A program made the position numbers and the translations under genes. The notes beneath the pieces were generated by a model. That model did no database searches. It was not told the origin of the DNA and saw nothing but the letters and a program-made list of their open reading frames with translations. A stretch of 58,085 nt of DNA, the filler included, from Sluysia triapertura (lineage: Eukaryota): NCBI GenBank assembly GCA_046118255.1. It is 4 parts of 4 records of this genome, joined end to end, with 100 filler letters (N's around TTAATTAATTAA, not from the genome) between each part and the next. Parts side by side here need not be neighbours in the genome. Positions count along the whole stretch, not along the records: positions 12,281 to 28,213 come from JBJNIA010214476.1; positions 28,314 to 39,335 come from JBJNIA010190041.1; 2 more parts are not named here. One strand, given 5' to 3'. Positions 25,818 through 39,435 of this stretch are shown piece by piece. Numbering within the stretch: position 1 is the stretch's first letter; each line of letters begins with the position of its first letter.

Positions 25818-25869
<52 letters not shown>
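25818..25869. repeat. (AAT)n microsatellite
   Basis: Perfect run; the source of the poly-Asn in ORF 25669..26103. Confidence 0.95.
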
Positions 25870-25881
<12 letters not shown>

Positions 25882-26309
25882 ATTAACACTGGTCTTAAAG
25901 AATTGCTGTGTTTCTTGATTACCTTTTCCTTTACAGAGTGTACCCAAGGAAATTGCGGTTTTTCTTATGTCGCATTTTGCATACGTTTAAACAAAAAAAA
26001 ACAAATCATGAATCACACAAATAGTATAAAAATACTAAAAAAATGGGACATAATTTTCTGTAAATTTGTAGAGGTTGGTTATTCACTTTTGGCGATTACT
26101 TAGATTCTATTTGACGCTGAGTTTATCTACAACATTTTGCAGATAATAGTTGGGAAATAAACATAACAAATTAATAAATAATGTAAAAATTTTGTAAAAA
26201 CAATTGATTTGTAGCTTTTTTTTCAAGTTTTTACACTTGTATATTTATGTTTGCGGCCATAAAAGGTTTGCAAGCCCACAAGTTTTACGTTATAATATAT
26301 TAAAATTAT

Positions 26310-26387
26310 CGCGAGTATATTCGTGCTGATAATTCCGAACACCATGCCAACCACGAGTATATTCGTGGTTGGTAGCGAATGTGTTAA
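26310..26387. repeat. Palindromic DNA-transposon end (piggyBac-like, TTAA)
   Basis: CGAGTATATTCGTG occurs twice; hairpin CCAACCACGA-GTATAT-TCGTGGTTGG; ends GAATGTG-TTAA. Confidence 0.45.
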
Positions 26388-26727
26388 ATGTACGAATTTA
26401 CCATACTTTCATAATGTGAAATAGGATATATTAGACTAATTTTATCTTATGTACAAACTGATTTTTATCCCATTGCATTAAAATTTGTTTGTAATTATTT
26501 ACTTACTATTGTAACTAACAAATAATTGTAAATAATCAATTAAAAATTTTAAATATTCAATATATTTATATACTATAAACATTCTGATTGTTATATAGAT
26601 ATTAACTCAAAAATATGATTTGTTTTTATTTAATCGATAATAATAATCAATTCTTAGAATGAACAGTTGTTTCACCAATTATTTACTTATCTTATAATTT
26701 AAAAACATAAACAAAATTATATCCTAC

Positions 26728-26904
26728 TCGACAAATATCTTGAATTAACGAATATTTGAACATCCAATCCAGTACTAACTGCTTCTGCGATAGAATATCT
26801 TTTAAACTGCCTTTCGTGCAATATTCGTAAACAATGAATTGATCGTATAAGTCAAGGCATGCGCCAATAAAACGACATATATGATCATTATTCAAATCTT
26901 TTAC
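26728..26904 (-). CDS. Receptor guanylyl cyclase kinase-homology domain exon B
   Basis: TTCAG|GTA; VKDLNNDHICRFIGACLD...VYEYCTKGSLKDIL...LDWMFKYSLIQDICR|GTAGG; 177 nt, phase 0 at both ends. Confidence 0.92.
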
Positions 26905-27627
26905 CTGAACAATAATTAAATAACTTTAAATTTAAAATACTTATAATTGTTACAAATTATGCTTTATTATTAAGTGAAGAAGAAGAATTTATGAACAGAA
27001 TAAAAATATTCTTACACATAATTTGCATTGATGCAGAGAGATAATTCTCCGGTTTAACCCTGATTTTAGAGTTCGAATGATGAATGTCAAATTTCTTTTT
27101 AATTATAATATTGTTGTCTTTCAACTATAATTTATATTTAATTCCAAATATATTATTTATTAAATAGAATGATTACCAGATACAAATTTGTAGCCACCTC
27201 GGATGTTTCTAGAAACGTACAGTATTCGATATTCAAAATGAGGATCTATTAATTCTAAATGCCCAAAAAGTGAAGTTACATGAAAAAACTCTTAGGAATA
27301 GTAGCAGTATTAATTATTTATGAGTCAGTGATTATTAAATAAGACAAGAAAAATTACTTGCTGCTACGTGATAGGATGGTTTTGTGGTAAAGATATTGGT
27401 ATATATTTCTTGTACTTAATGACTTTATCGCCGCCGTTCATAACTTTTGACAGATAAATTTTTATACTTTTAATTTCAAATGATTTATTAACACAACATT
27501 GAAAATCGTTGTTTATTTACTATGTGTTCCAATTATTTCAATGAATTTTTCATAATATTATTATTAATTATAATTATTATTATTATTATTTTTTTTACAC
27601 TTACTGTGTAATATATTAACAACATAC

Positions 27628-28137
27628 CTTTTTAACTTCTTGTAACAAATCTCTGTTAACTTCTAATCGCTTATCTCTTTTTATTGGTTTAAGAGCTACA
27701 ATATGCTTCTTATACAGAGCAGCACAGCCATACACCACATTGTTGTCTCCACCTGTAATACTGTCAATAGAAATATGACTACGTTCGTGATCTGAATCGA
27801 AATCACCCTCATTGGTACTACATTGATTATGTCTTTGTTTGTTTTGATAGTTTTTATCTTTAGTGAATATTGCACTCAAATCACCGCAAGCAGACCGAGG
27901 ACGTCCATGATCCAAATTAGCACTATCATCACTACTAACACCATATTTTGTAGTTATTTCTCTACCAATTGATTTAATTATCAAATCAATATCAGTTACA
28001 GAAATCGCATTTTGAAAATGTTGCTTTTCATTGGACAATTTTCTATTAAGATCCATACTGTTGCTATTACTCTTTGTTAAACGAGAGGTTTCCATCAAAT
28101 TCTCGTGACTGTAGCTTCCACTGTTAGACATTTTCTG
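27628..28137 (-). CDS. Receptor guanylyl cyclase juxtamembrane/KHD exon A
   Basis: Low-complexity region, then VYGCAALYKKHIVALKPIKRDKRLEVNRDLLQEVKK|GTATG, phase 0 into exon B; acceptor AATTAG|CAG (NAGNAG ambiguity). Confidence 0.85.
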
Positions 28138-28160
28138 CTAATTGAAATATAAGTTTGTTA

Positions 28161-28162
<2 letters not shown>

Positions 28163-28203
<41 letters not shown>

Positions 28204-28213
28204 CATTATCATT
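28163..28213. repeat. (ATT)n microsatellite at contig end
   Basis: Trinucleotide run abutting the linker. Confidence 0.9.
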
Positions 28214-28313
28214 NNNNNNNNNNNNNNNNNNNNNNNNNNNNNNNNNNNNNNNNNNNNTTAATTAATTAANNNNNNNNNNNNNNNNNNNNNNNNNNNNNNN
28301 NNNNNNNNNNNNN
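28214..28313. other. Artificial contig linker
   Basis: N44-TTAATTAATTAA-N44. Confidence 0.95.
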
Positions 28314-29047
28314 ATATGAGATCTTCTTCCAACTTGGAGAATTAATCTTGCTGCTTGATTAATTATTAATTGTAATTTTTTCACTTTTCTGTCTGAAATT
28401 GAGTACAATAAACCATTGTTAAAATCAATATTGCTAGTTATCAGTGAGTGAACAATAAGTTTAGCTGTTTCTTTATTAATAAATTTTCGAATATGTGATT
28501 TATACAGTATTAAAGAATTTTATACAGAATGATTTATACAGAATTTTAGAATTGATTCCTATTAATTTGATTTTGACATTTTCAAATAAATTGAAACTCA
28601 TTTATTAGTTTTATCATATCTTTTCGTCATTTTTGTAATTGAAACATTTTCATTTTATTTTAATTTGGTTGTGTTATACATAAAAAATTAAAATAAATAA
28701 ATAAATAAATAAATAGACAAGCAAGTATTTAAATTAGCATAAATTAAAAAGATATGAAAAAAATATGATTTGTATGTCGATTAACATCAAGCATAATAAA
28801 ATAAGTATAACTCACTACAATAAGTAATAAATGTAAATAGTAAATTTTGTTTTACTTAATCATTGATTAGTAACTTTAATTGTTGTTAAAAAACTTTGAT
28901 TCAAAACTGTTGACTATATAAATATTATTTTCATATATCAATTTTTTAATTTATTAATATTTCAAATTTAATTTAATAATTTAATTTAATAATTTCAATT
29001 TCAAGTTTTCGTGATATAAAATTTTCAATTATCTAGTGTAATAATTT

Positions 29048-29974
29048 ATGTTTCAAATTAAAAAGTCGCATACTACAGATTTGTCGAAACTTCGTGAAAT
29101 ATTAACTCAAGATATTGAAGATCATATTGATAAAGTAAATCAAGAATGTGAAAAAATCAATTTAGCGGAATTAATATCTTCTGACAAAGAAAATAATGAC
29201 GAAAAAATCGAAACACATGTGCAGAAAAATAAAAGAAGCAAAAGCAACATCAAATCAATAGAACGTCCATCATTTCTAGTAACCAGAATCGATACGAAAT
29301 ATAAACCATTTTATTCGAGAAATCATTTATCAAATAATCAAAAAACATCATCTTTAGTTTATAAAAGTATTCATTACGATTCAATTATTCGAAAAGAGGA
29401 AAGTATTAACAAGCACTTGTTAGAATTACAAAATAATTTAGAAAATGAATTAATAGCTCGAGCAACTTCTATTTGTGATACTAGTATTCGAGAAGCTAGA
29501 CAGCTGATTCAGAATTCTTTGGCCACTAATCGAATAATTGGTGGTTTTTTTGAAGAAATTAAGAAAAGTGAAGGTTGCACTTTAAATAATGTCACTACTA
29601 ACAAAACAACAATGTTAGATACTTCACTTTTAGAAAATAAAGTTCAAAAACCATTAAATATAACTCCAGACTTAAGAAATGGTGTGGATAAAAAAGTGGA
29701 GTTATTCGGTTTTACGACCAGTTATATGGATCAAGATGTTGTAAATTTAGAAAAAAGAAACCGTAGGACAGAGAGAACAGAACATCACTTAGATTACAAT
29801 GAACCGCACATTCGTGCATGGTTGGATAAAAAGAATCGAGATTTGGAGATAGAAAGAAAAAGTCGAGAAGATGAAGCAAGAATTAAAGAACGGTCTCAAT
29901 TGGCTATGGAAGCAGTCAAAGATAGACGGCGTGAAATGGCACAACGTGCTTATAAAAGGTGGTTACAGGACAAG
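29048..29974 (+). CDS. Coiled-coil protein (CCDC181/CCDC34-like motif), exon 1 of 3
   Basis: ATG 29048, 309 codons, donor AAG|GTTAGG; paired RAWLDKK...AQRAYKRWLQDK charged-helix motif. Confidence 0.8.
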
Positions 29975-30202
29975 GTTAGGTGTATTATCTGGATGAGTAA
30001 ATTCGTGTTAAAAATTTATTAACTTGATTCAAATTTTAAAAGATTTCTATTTTTTCAGTTTAAAAACTGTTATTCAAGAATTTACAAGTTTTAGCTCCGT
30101 TTTTATTATATATTTATTATATGTTTTTGTTAAATGTTTTTGGTATTTCCGTCGGCCTACCTTTTCGTTTGTATCTTTATACAAGCAATTTTTTGAAAAT
30201 AG

Positions 30203-30260
<58 letters not shown>
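30203..30260. repeat. (AAT)n microsatellite
   Basis: Perfect run in intron 1. Confidence 0.95.
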
Positions 30261-30263
<3 letters not shown>

Positions 30264-30432
30264 TAGTAGTAATAAAGCGTTTAAATTAAGCTACTAAGAT
30301 CGTATTTTTCAGAACAATAAAGGAAGCTTATGAAAACATCATATCATTATATGCATTTGTTTGCCAAATAATAATTTTTAGATTTTTGTCATCTAATACA
30401 AGATTTACGATTTTCTAATTCTATATTTTTAG

Positions 30433-30759
30433 ACCGAGCAGCAAGATTTTTCGCCTCAGATAACTCAAATCTCAGTTTCGAATCATGTAGACAACAAACC
30501 AATCGGATATACGCTACACAATTCTGTGTTTAAAAGGACACCTTTCATTATCGATAGACCAAAAACTACGGCTTCGTTTAATATTCGTAAAGATGTTGAT
30601 CTTAAAGTCTACGGATTAGCCGCTTCCATACAAGACTCGAATACCGAACGTTACCGGCACTTGACAGCTCGACATATTATCGAATACCCCATGCCTGTTA
30701 CCAAGAAATCTGTAATGGATTATCAAGATAGTATTGGTAGAACCATTTTAAGACCACAA
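30433..30759 (+). CDS. Coiled-coil protein exon 2
   Basis: TTTTTAG|ACC ... CAA|GTAAGA; 327 nt, phase 0 at both ends, open throughout. Confidence 0.8.
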
Positions 30760-30818
30760 GTAAGAATAATATTATTTCAAAATATTAATTACTGACAATT
30801 TATTTAATTTAATTAAAA

Positions 30819-31279
30819 TGTTGGGATACAGGCCTAAACTGCCTGCCATTTGGTATGGTTGACTATATTAATCTAAAAATTCCAATTTTACTCTCCTTTT
30901 TTTGTAATTTTAAAAATAAAATACAAATTATGTTGCCTTTCTCGTTTACGTTTGTATCTTAACATACTCCCATCTCCATTTCATTCATTTTTTTGTATAT
31001 ATTTTTGTATGATGATAATCCTCAGAGTTTATATCTCTGAAGTGGCAGCAGCAGCAAGAGTCAGTTTTTTAAAGCAATATTAATTTTCACAAACATTAAC
31101 AAACATTTTTGTGATCCCCATAATTTTGCCTTATTTATATATATACATATTATGTGATTCTCTATATGTAAAACCTGTTATACAGTTGAAATAAATGTTT
31201 TAAATTCAAAATTCATCGAACTGCGCAGCGAGAGGTCCCAGGTTCGATCCCCGGTCAGTTCATTTTATGAAGTCTAACA
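30819..31279 (+). mobile_element. tRNA-Ala-like mini-element, copy C, interrupted by a ~330-bp insert (30882-31213)
   Basis: Leader TGTTGGGATACAGGCCTAAA...AATCTAAAAATT; resumes CATCGAACTGCGCAGCGAGAGGTCCCAGGTTCGATCCCCGGTCAGTTCA-TTTT-ATGAAGTCTAACA. Confidence 0.8.
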
Positions 31280-32959
31280 AAAATCAAATCAAAACCACTA
31301 AATAATAATAATATTTTAAATAATAACAAATCCAATTTTACTGTACAATATTATTTGGTCTTAATGTAATTAATGTGCATATAATAAGCTACAACATAAC
31401 CAAATCGAATATATAGCAAAGTTGGTTGCAATAAATCAAGTTAGTGAGAGTATATTGTACAGTAGGTACTATCTATAATATAGTATGGTCAATTACACAT
31501 AGTAATTTATGTGGCTAATCGGTGTTACTATGAAAAATAGTATACGAAGGTATCCATTCCAAGTAACAAATACAAGTTTATTAACGATACTGAAGAAATA
31601 TACTTGATCAATTATTCGGCGATAGATTTGATGAACTTAGTTTGAAATTCAAGTTTGTATTTATTACTGAATTTAATAAAATAATTCACGAATATTTAAA
31701 TTGGTAAAATTATAAAGAATAAAATCAATTATAACATAATTAAAAATAAAGTTTATTTAGCGCTAAAATAATGTTTCTTAAATGCATAGAATTTTGTCTT
31801 TTGTCTCTTAAATATTTTATGATCTTCCAATTATTTGACGCATTTTTCATAATTGTAAAAAACCGCACGAACTTATGCACCAATCCAATTTATTTCGATG
31901 AAATTATCAATTTGTACATATTTTACAGTGGAAAGATTATTAAAGATTAAGGAATCTGTTAACATTGAATATACCTAATATCGTCAAATGACGTCAAAAG
32001 AACATTTATTTGTTTAAATATATAGATAATCAAATTGATCAAGATTTATGTAACTTGAGCAGTCATATAAATAATAATTATTCATGTAAGTTCTGAGAAT
32101 GAAGATGATGAAATTGAAGAAATCAAAGATTTGTTTGGAAATGACATTACTCATTATATTGTGAATCATCTCATAATATTATAACCCTATATCACATTCA
32201 AATCTTGGAGTGTCATATTTTTGAGTAGAAAAAAATTGTATACATTAAAAATGTGTTCATAGTATGTAATACTAGAAGAAATCGATGCTGTGTGCAAGAA
32301 GTATCTACACTTCAATAAAATTAAATAAGATATCCCATGGTCAGAAAAATTAGGAATGGTGCTTTTCAAAGAAACAGTGTCTCGAAGTCAAAAATTAGAA
32401 AGGCGTTTAAGTAAATAAATTTGTCTTAACTTCAAATATATGGAAAATTCAATTGGTAATTATCTTCCTAATGGAATCATGGTCTTGCATTAACAGTTTT
32501 ATCTCACGTTATATAATATATGGGGATTGTTCCTGAAAGTCCACATAAATTTGGCATCACATTTTTGTTAGTTTTCTAAATATTTTGAATTTACTGACAA
32601 AAATAAAGACAATGAGTACAAACAAATTATGAAAGAGTGAACTAAAGATCGCTGATCAAACACTGTTTTCAACTAGATGAAGATTCCACTTTAATTGTGT
32701 AACGATATAAAAAAGAAAATATCTTAGGAACAACAAAATTCTAAAATATTCTAAAAATTAATTTTATTAAACTTACCATTCTTTAATTTTCATTATATTC
32801 CTCAACATAACCTTAGAATCATTATATAATAAGCGTTAATTCACCTCTTTTGGATTATACTCTTAAAATCATACGGACTAGCGATTTCTTGTAGGATCAT
32901 AGGCAAACTCATAACATTGGAACCCTATTAAGATTCCAAAAATAATTGGCCGAACTAAT

Positions 32960-33100
32960 CTAACCTCATTTTTCAATAAAATAACTTATTTTCTAAAAAA
33001 GAAAATTCCTTACTAAAAATAGAAAATAAAATTCTAGAACATTCTATCGATTTGTATTGGTTAATGACTAGTATATAAACTAGCATCAGTTTCACTATTT
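32960..33100 (+). repeat. LTR-like promoter core shared with 46490-46610, 47180-47240, 14420-14520 and (inverted) 52340-52450
   Basis: AATAACTTATTTTCTAAAAAAGAAAATTCC..CTAAAAATAGAA..ATTGGTT(A/G)ATGACTAG(T/C)ATATAAA(C/T)TAGCATCA (CCAAT-like plus TATA). Confidence 0.6.
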
Positions 33101-35018
33101 TACCATTAGCTTTATTTTCAATACTTTGCCATTTGCTTTATTCTCGGTTGTTTGTTTAACTGTCATTGCTGCGATTGTATAAAATTCATTGTGGTGCCAA
33201 TTTTAGTTATGCTTCAAAACAGATTCTCATTTCCATGAATGCGGTAAATTATTTTTTATAAGAAATTTTTACCTTCCCAGAGAAGATATAAATTATATAC
33301 TCTTGTGTTAAAATAATTTTGTAAATTAGTTTTTTCCCCTGTCTACTGAGGGGAATTTTCTGTAACAAAAATCTGTGGGGATTTTAAAAGTAAATAAGAC
33401 CCTTATAGAATAAAATAAGTCCACCAACGTACTAGGCTTACCAGTTAGGGCTAGTCGTTAGATTTATAGAGATAAGTAAAGGTGGGAATAACTTCCTAAA
33501 GTGTCTGTGAATTTAATAGGATACTCTTAACTTAATAATTTGACTATTAATTCAGAATTTAAATGCTTACAGTCAAATTAGTGAATTTAGTTGAATTCCG
33601 GAGGTATTTTGACAAATGGGAATCGATGCAAGCTGTGAATAATATTTTAATAAGATTTATAAACAACTGAAAGTCAGGATAAATATTTAATTAACTGAAA
33701 AAATACTAAAGTAGTTTACGTAGATCCTATGAAAAGATCTGTAATCAATGATTTTACGATATTCGAATTTTATATTAGGGATTTTATATTTAAAAGTATT
33801 AATTAGTAACAAAATAAATTCTCTAATAATTTATATTACACACTTAATAAGGTACAGTTAATTCAAAAATAAGTAAAAATGTTAATTAATTTTAATAAAG
33901 AATTAATAAAGAATTAATTTTAATTCTCAAATAATAATAATTTAACAATGATTTTACGGGAAATTTATTACAAAAAATTAATTTAAGTGTATCTTTCGAG
34001 GATATATTTTATATCCAAAATCTAACATAAAAAACTAACATATTTTTTTGTTTAAGAAGAAACTCGATAATTTAAATTCAATTTTCCTTATCTAAATTTT
34101 CTCTGAATCTTCAAAAATTTTGACTCTTTTTTGCTTTGACGAAAATATTTATAAAAAATCAGTCAGTGTTGTAATAAACGAAATTGTGCTTTTGTTGTTA
34201 AATTCTATGAATATTTAGAGTTGATCCAACTGGCCTTGCCCAGATTAAAACAAAATATTTATTTTAATTATTAAAACAAAAGTAATTTAATTAATTTTAA
34301 AAATATTAAAATTTTCATTTTATTAATATTTTTAAAATTTACATATAATAAATATAATTAATTGCGTTAGTTTATTCCAAAAACAATAATTTAAAACCAA
34401 ATAAAATGATTTTAGATCAAAAAATCAATAAATTGTTATTATCAATAATAAAATAATGATTAAAATAAAAAAATCAATAATTAAAATCAATAAATTGTTA
34501 TCGCACATATAAATGTTTATTACAGTAATGTTACACACATTATATAAGATGTATAAAATCACAAAGTTCAAAGTCATGCACATTAATTACAAATCAAATA
34601 GTAAACATAAATATTAAACATAATTTTAATTTCAAATTATCTGATTTTTATTATTTTATATACGATAATTATTATTTTAATAAAATTTTGTGACTTTTAA
34701 TCATTATTTTGAGAGACAAATTGATTTAATTAAGTTTTAAGTGCAAATAGTTACAGAGACGTCTTCTATAAGATATACGTTGTTTACTATAACCGAACCT
34801 TGCTTAATTTTTATTTTGCCGTAGATTTTAAGTTTAAGAAAACTACAGCAACATAAAACTTATTTATTGATCAGGACAAGTTTAAGTCTTAGAAAACCCG
34901 ACACAACATTTTTACAAATAATTATCACTACTAAGAATAAAATTTAAAATAAAATTAAACAAATTATGACTTATATTGTTAATCAATGTACAAAATTTAT
35001 CAAATTTTTAATTTTTAG

Positions 35019-35396
35019 ACGGCTACAGTTACCACAAGCAAACCAAAGTTTAATAAACGTAGAAAATCCAAAAGTAAATCTTCACGAATCGATAATACAA
35101 ACATGGTAAAAGAAAATAGTCAAGTAGAATACAACAACCAAAATGAAGACGATAAAATAGAATGTAATGTGGAAGAATACGATGAAGTGGAGAGTATTAA
35201 AGAAGAAATCAATCAAGAATATAATGAAAAACGTGAAGTAGAAATAACGGAAGAAATAAGTTTACAAAGTGATGACAATAAATTAGATAAAGAAGAGGAA
35301 AATCAAGAAATTATAGAAGAAATTGAATCAGAAGATAATGATCCTTTTAAAGTCACAGATTTTATTTCGTATGAATCTGATACAAACCAGAATTAA
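35019..35396 (+). CDS. Coiled-coil protein exon 3 (terminal, acidic tail); total CDS 1632 nt, ~543 aa
   Basis: TTTTTAG|ACG in frame with ORF 35103..35396; TAA stop followed by AATAAA at ~35453 and ~35461. Confidence 0.78.
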   Translation, partial: TATVTTSKPKFNKRRKSKSKSSRIDNTNMVKENSQVEYNNQNEDDKIECNVEEYDEVESIKEEINQEYNEKREVEITEEISLQSDDNKLDKEEENQEIIEEIESEDNDPFKVTDFISYESDTNQN

Positions 35397-38300
35397 TCAC
35401 TATATTTGTTGCACTTTTAATGTAAAGTTTTAATTAAATATTCATTAAATATAATAAACAAATAAACAATTAAATATAATAAACAAATGTTGAATTCAGT
35501 ATTTTGTATAACAATCATAAATTTGATCCATTTGTAAGGTTTCTCAAATTATACAAACAATATTAATTTCGGCTAATTTAATTCTAAAACACCAAGCAAA
35601 ATGGAAATATATATATTTCGTAAATTAAAAATTAAAAAATATAAATGTACATTAAGTTGTAATCATAACAAAAATTGAAATTGTTTTAATATTTTTCAAT
35701 AATAAATTCTCTTTACGAATTCATTTAAAAACAATGAAAATTAAATTGCTTGAGGCATTATTTTTTCGATTTTTAATTTCTTAAGTGATAAAGATTAATA
35801 AAAATTACGATAAATTATTGTAAATGCAAATAAATAAAAATAACCAAACATAAAAGTTGAAATGTATTATTAATTATGTCAAATCAGTTAAATTTGATTT
35901 TGACTTTGTTTCTAAATTTTGTTACTATCAGAAAATTTAATCATAAAGATAACAGAATTTGAATTTGCTTTAGTTGAGTTGTATCAGTACTTTTATCAAG
36001 CATTTAGGCTTTCTATAAAATTTAACATTATTTCTTCATTAAACTGTTTAGGTGATGGAACATATTTATTAATAAACGAAAACTAACCGGAATTGGAAGA
36101 ATTTCTATTATATTCCAAGGTATGTAATAAACAATTAAGATCTGTAATTAAGAATTAAGAAGGCTGTGGAATTTTTTGTGATTACCAGACAAAGGTTTTT
36201 GCATTACAAAAATTTATTACTAAATTAGTTTGAGCAAAAAATTAGAGTTAATAACACTAATCGATTGTATTTTATATAAATTTCATTATTAATAATTCCA
36301 AAATTAGTTATTATTCCACTAAAAATAAGATTGGACTTAAAATTTGTTAAAGCTGTGCAAATAAGTAATTATACATTTTCATTGCATATAACATTTATAC
36401 TGGCAAAATAAACGCTAACTGTACAAGAAATCTATGTATATGCAAAACTAAATACTGATTCATACACATGTGGTATAAATTTACGTGAACCGAATTTATT
36501 CACAAATGTCATGTTAATGTTGTATATAATATTGTGTATTTATATTTATTTATTTTATATTATTATAAAGGTTCTAACGATTATCATTTAATTATTATTT
36601 AAAATTTTAAAAACTTTTATTTCGCAGAATAATTATTTGTATAAAAAATCAAATTATTATTAACACTAAAATAACTAATAATTATAATGGTCGTTTGGCA
36701 GTTATTTTTCTCATTAATTAAATTACAGAAATTTAAAAAGGTATAAATGTTTAATTTAGAAAGAGTATCGGACTTAAGGTCCTGGATCGTAGTATTTAGT
36801 GTAAAAACCATTAACAAACTATAATTTGCAAAAGCTTTATTGAAAACTTTAAAACAATAACTATCATTACACAAAAAATCATTAAGTAATCTGAAATGTC
36901 ATGTATTAAGCCGATAACGGCAATACATTAATATAAAAATAATGAAACTAGACAAGAACCTTGGGGGATCTCGCAATCGAAATAGGTAATTAACAAGAGC
37001 GACATCTTGAAATTCATCAATACAGTACGTTCCAACCGAAAACAAAACGTTCGAACAGATGGTCGGACAGCATTTAAAAATATTACAAAAAATCTATAAA
37101 ATCTGCAGTGAAAATCTTAATCATTATATCATGAACATTATCGTGAACCATAGGAATAGCACAGACAGGTTTTACTATTACTAAACTTGTTAAATTTAAA
37201 TAACCGTACGAATCATTCATTATATCTGTAATGTAACAATGACTAAGTGACTAATTTAAACGATGAATAACTACTCTAGAATTGTGCGAATTTGATATTT
37301 ATTAATAATAATGATGATATTTTGATATTTATTAATAACTTTATTTGGTTTTATCAATTTTCAATTTTATAGAATTTTAATTTTATAATTACATAAATTT
37401 TATTTTGGAATTTTACTGGAATATTGTAACCACTAATTAAGTAAGAATTTCTTATTTTATCTTATTTTAATTTTTACAAATTAATTTTTATTTTATCTCT
37501 AAAACTAACGTCACTAATATATTAATTTTAAATTTTGTTTAAAACATGTATATAAAGGTTACACTTTTAACGATTCTCACACAAAAAATTTTTTCTTACA
37601 AGATTGTTAAAGCAGAATTATAAATATTCCTAAAGACAGTTCTACGAAAATTTTAAGTGGCTTTAGTTTAATAATTTTAAGGCTCATACAAATCTTTATA
37701 TCTTAAGTAAAATACACTTAAAATCTATATTCTTAATTTGGATCTTATAAAGATCCTTGGCAAAATCTTTTCTAAATTTTAATTGATCATAACTAACTAA
37801 CAAGAGTTAGTTAAAGTAAATTCTTATTATTTTCATTAACCTTATTTGTATAATTTTTATATTTGCGCTAAATAATAAAAGAATTTTTTTGTGTTACAAT
37901 TTTTAAATTTAAATTTGCAAATTTAAATTTAACATCTTCTATGATTTGTGCAGCTTTTGTATCGGAATTGTATAAGACAATTTTATTGATTTGCACCATT
38001 ATTCCATTACATTGAGGACATGTACTTCGGTAACTTAATATTAATTAGCGAGCATGAATCAATGAATCAGAAGTTTTAATGGCAATATCCATCAAAATAT
38101 TTTTTCTTTAAAGGCAAGACATAATTTGATTCAACGATCTATCATCTTATAGACATTGAAAATTTTTAACCATTTTCTTTAAAATTTTAGAAAAAATGTA
38201 ATATTAAAACAAAATTTAAAATGTATTGCTATTACATCAATTTTTCTTTTTAACTTTATTGCACATTATCAACAGCTATAATATAAAGATCCAAAACAAG

Positions 38301-39335
38301 CATCCTAAAAATCTATAAAATATACATATTGGCTGATCAATTTTAATAATCTCGCATAAACTGGCTTAAAAAATAAATTTGATCAACAAATATTTAATTT
38401 TTAACTCATCAACTTGATACACTTGAAAATAGCATATCATTGTAAAATTCGATAAACAAATACTACTATTTAATCTTTTGATTTAACATGTTTGCTGCAT
38501 GCATCTTTAAGATACATACATCTGCATAATAAATTATAGGGATGTTAGAATTTCAATGGTGCTACTAAAGTGGACGAAGGAGGCGATATCAACACGAGCA
38601 CCCATGATTAATTTGTAAATAATAAAACTTGTAGATTACTATGATTTTATATATTAATGGTTCAGTTATGTGAGCTTTGTAAGTTGGGTGAAATGTGATG
38701 AAGTTATTAGATGGATGAAATGTTTATAAATGAGACTGAACTGAGTTATATTTATACTTATGTTCATTAATTGGTGTTTTTAACAACAACAATGAGGTGT
38801 ACGGCTGTGACAATACACCAGATCTTAAGGTCAAGCGAGAATAATATATAAATAGTGGTACAGATTACTACCGACACACAAGTAAAATTTTGATAGTTAT
38901 TAATTACGATAAATCAATATCAATTTAATCAATTTTAATAAAATCTCAATAATTTAAGTACTCACTATATTAAGTATAAATTATCAGTAATTCTCTTATT
39001 TTGATAATAATAAGTATTCACCCCAAAATTAAGTTTTTGAAAATCAAATTAATAACAACACAATAATTTAATGATTAAACAATAAACAAATACAAATTAT
39101 TATTATCATAAATCTCCACTAAACAATACTAAAATGACAATATTAACAATAACGTTTATAATAGTATTAAGGACATAAAAATCTATCTAAAGAAACCAGG
39201 AGTGATGCAACAAACAATAAAAATGTCAATATCTAGAAACTTTAAAATAGTAATGGTGCTTAAATATTTTCAGATAATCTTAATGTAACTTAATAACGGT
39301 TAAATATTATTAAATAATTTGGGCAAAGTATCTCC

Positions 39336-39435
39336 NNNNNNNNNNNNNNNNNNNNNNNNNNNNNNNNNNNNNNNNNNNNTTAATTAATTAANNNNNNNNN
39401 NNNNNNNNNNNNNNNNNNNNNNNNNNNNNNNNNNN
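39336..39435. other. Artificial contig linker
   Basis: N44-TTAATTAATTAA-N44. Confidence 0.95.

Noticed and set aside
25669-26103. 144-aa poly-Asn ORF
   Set aside because: Held open by an (AAT)n tract; no domain signal.
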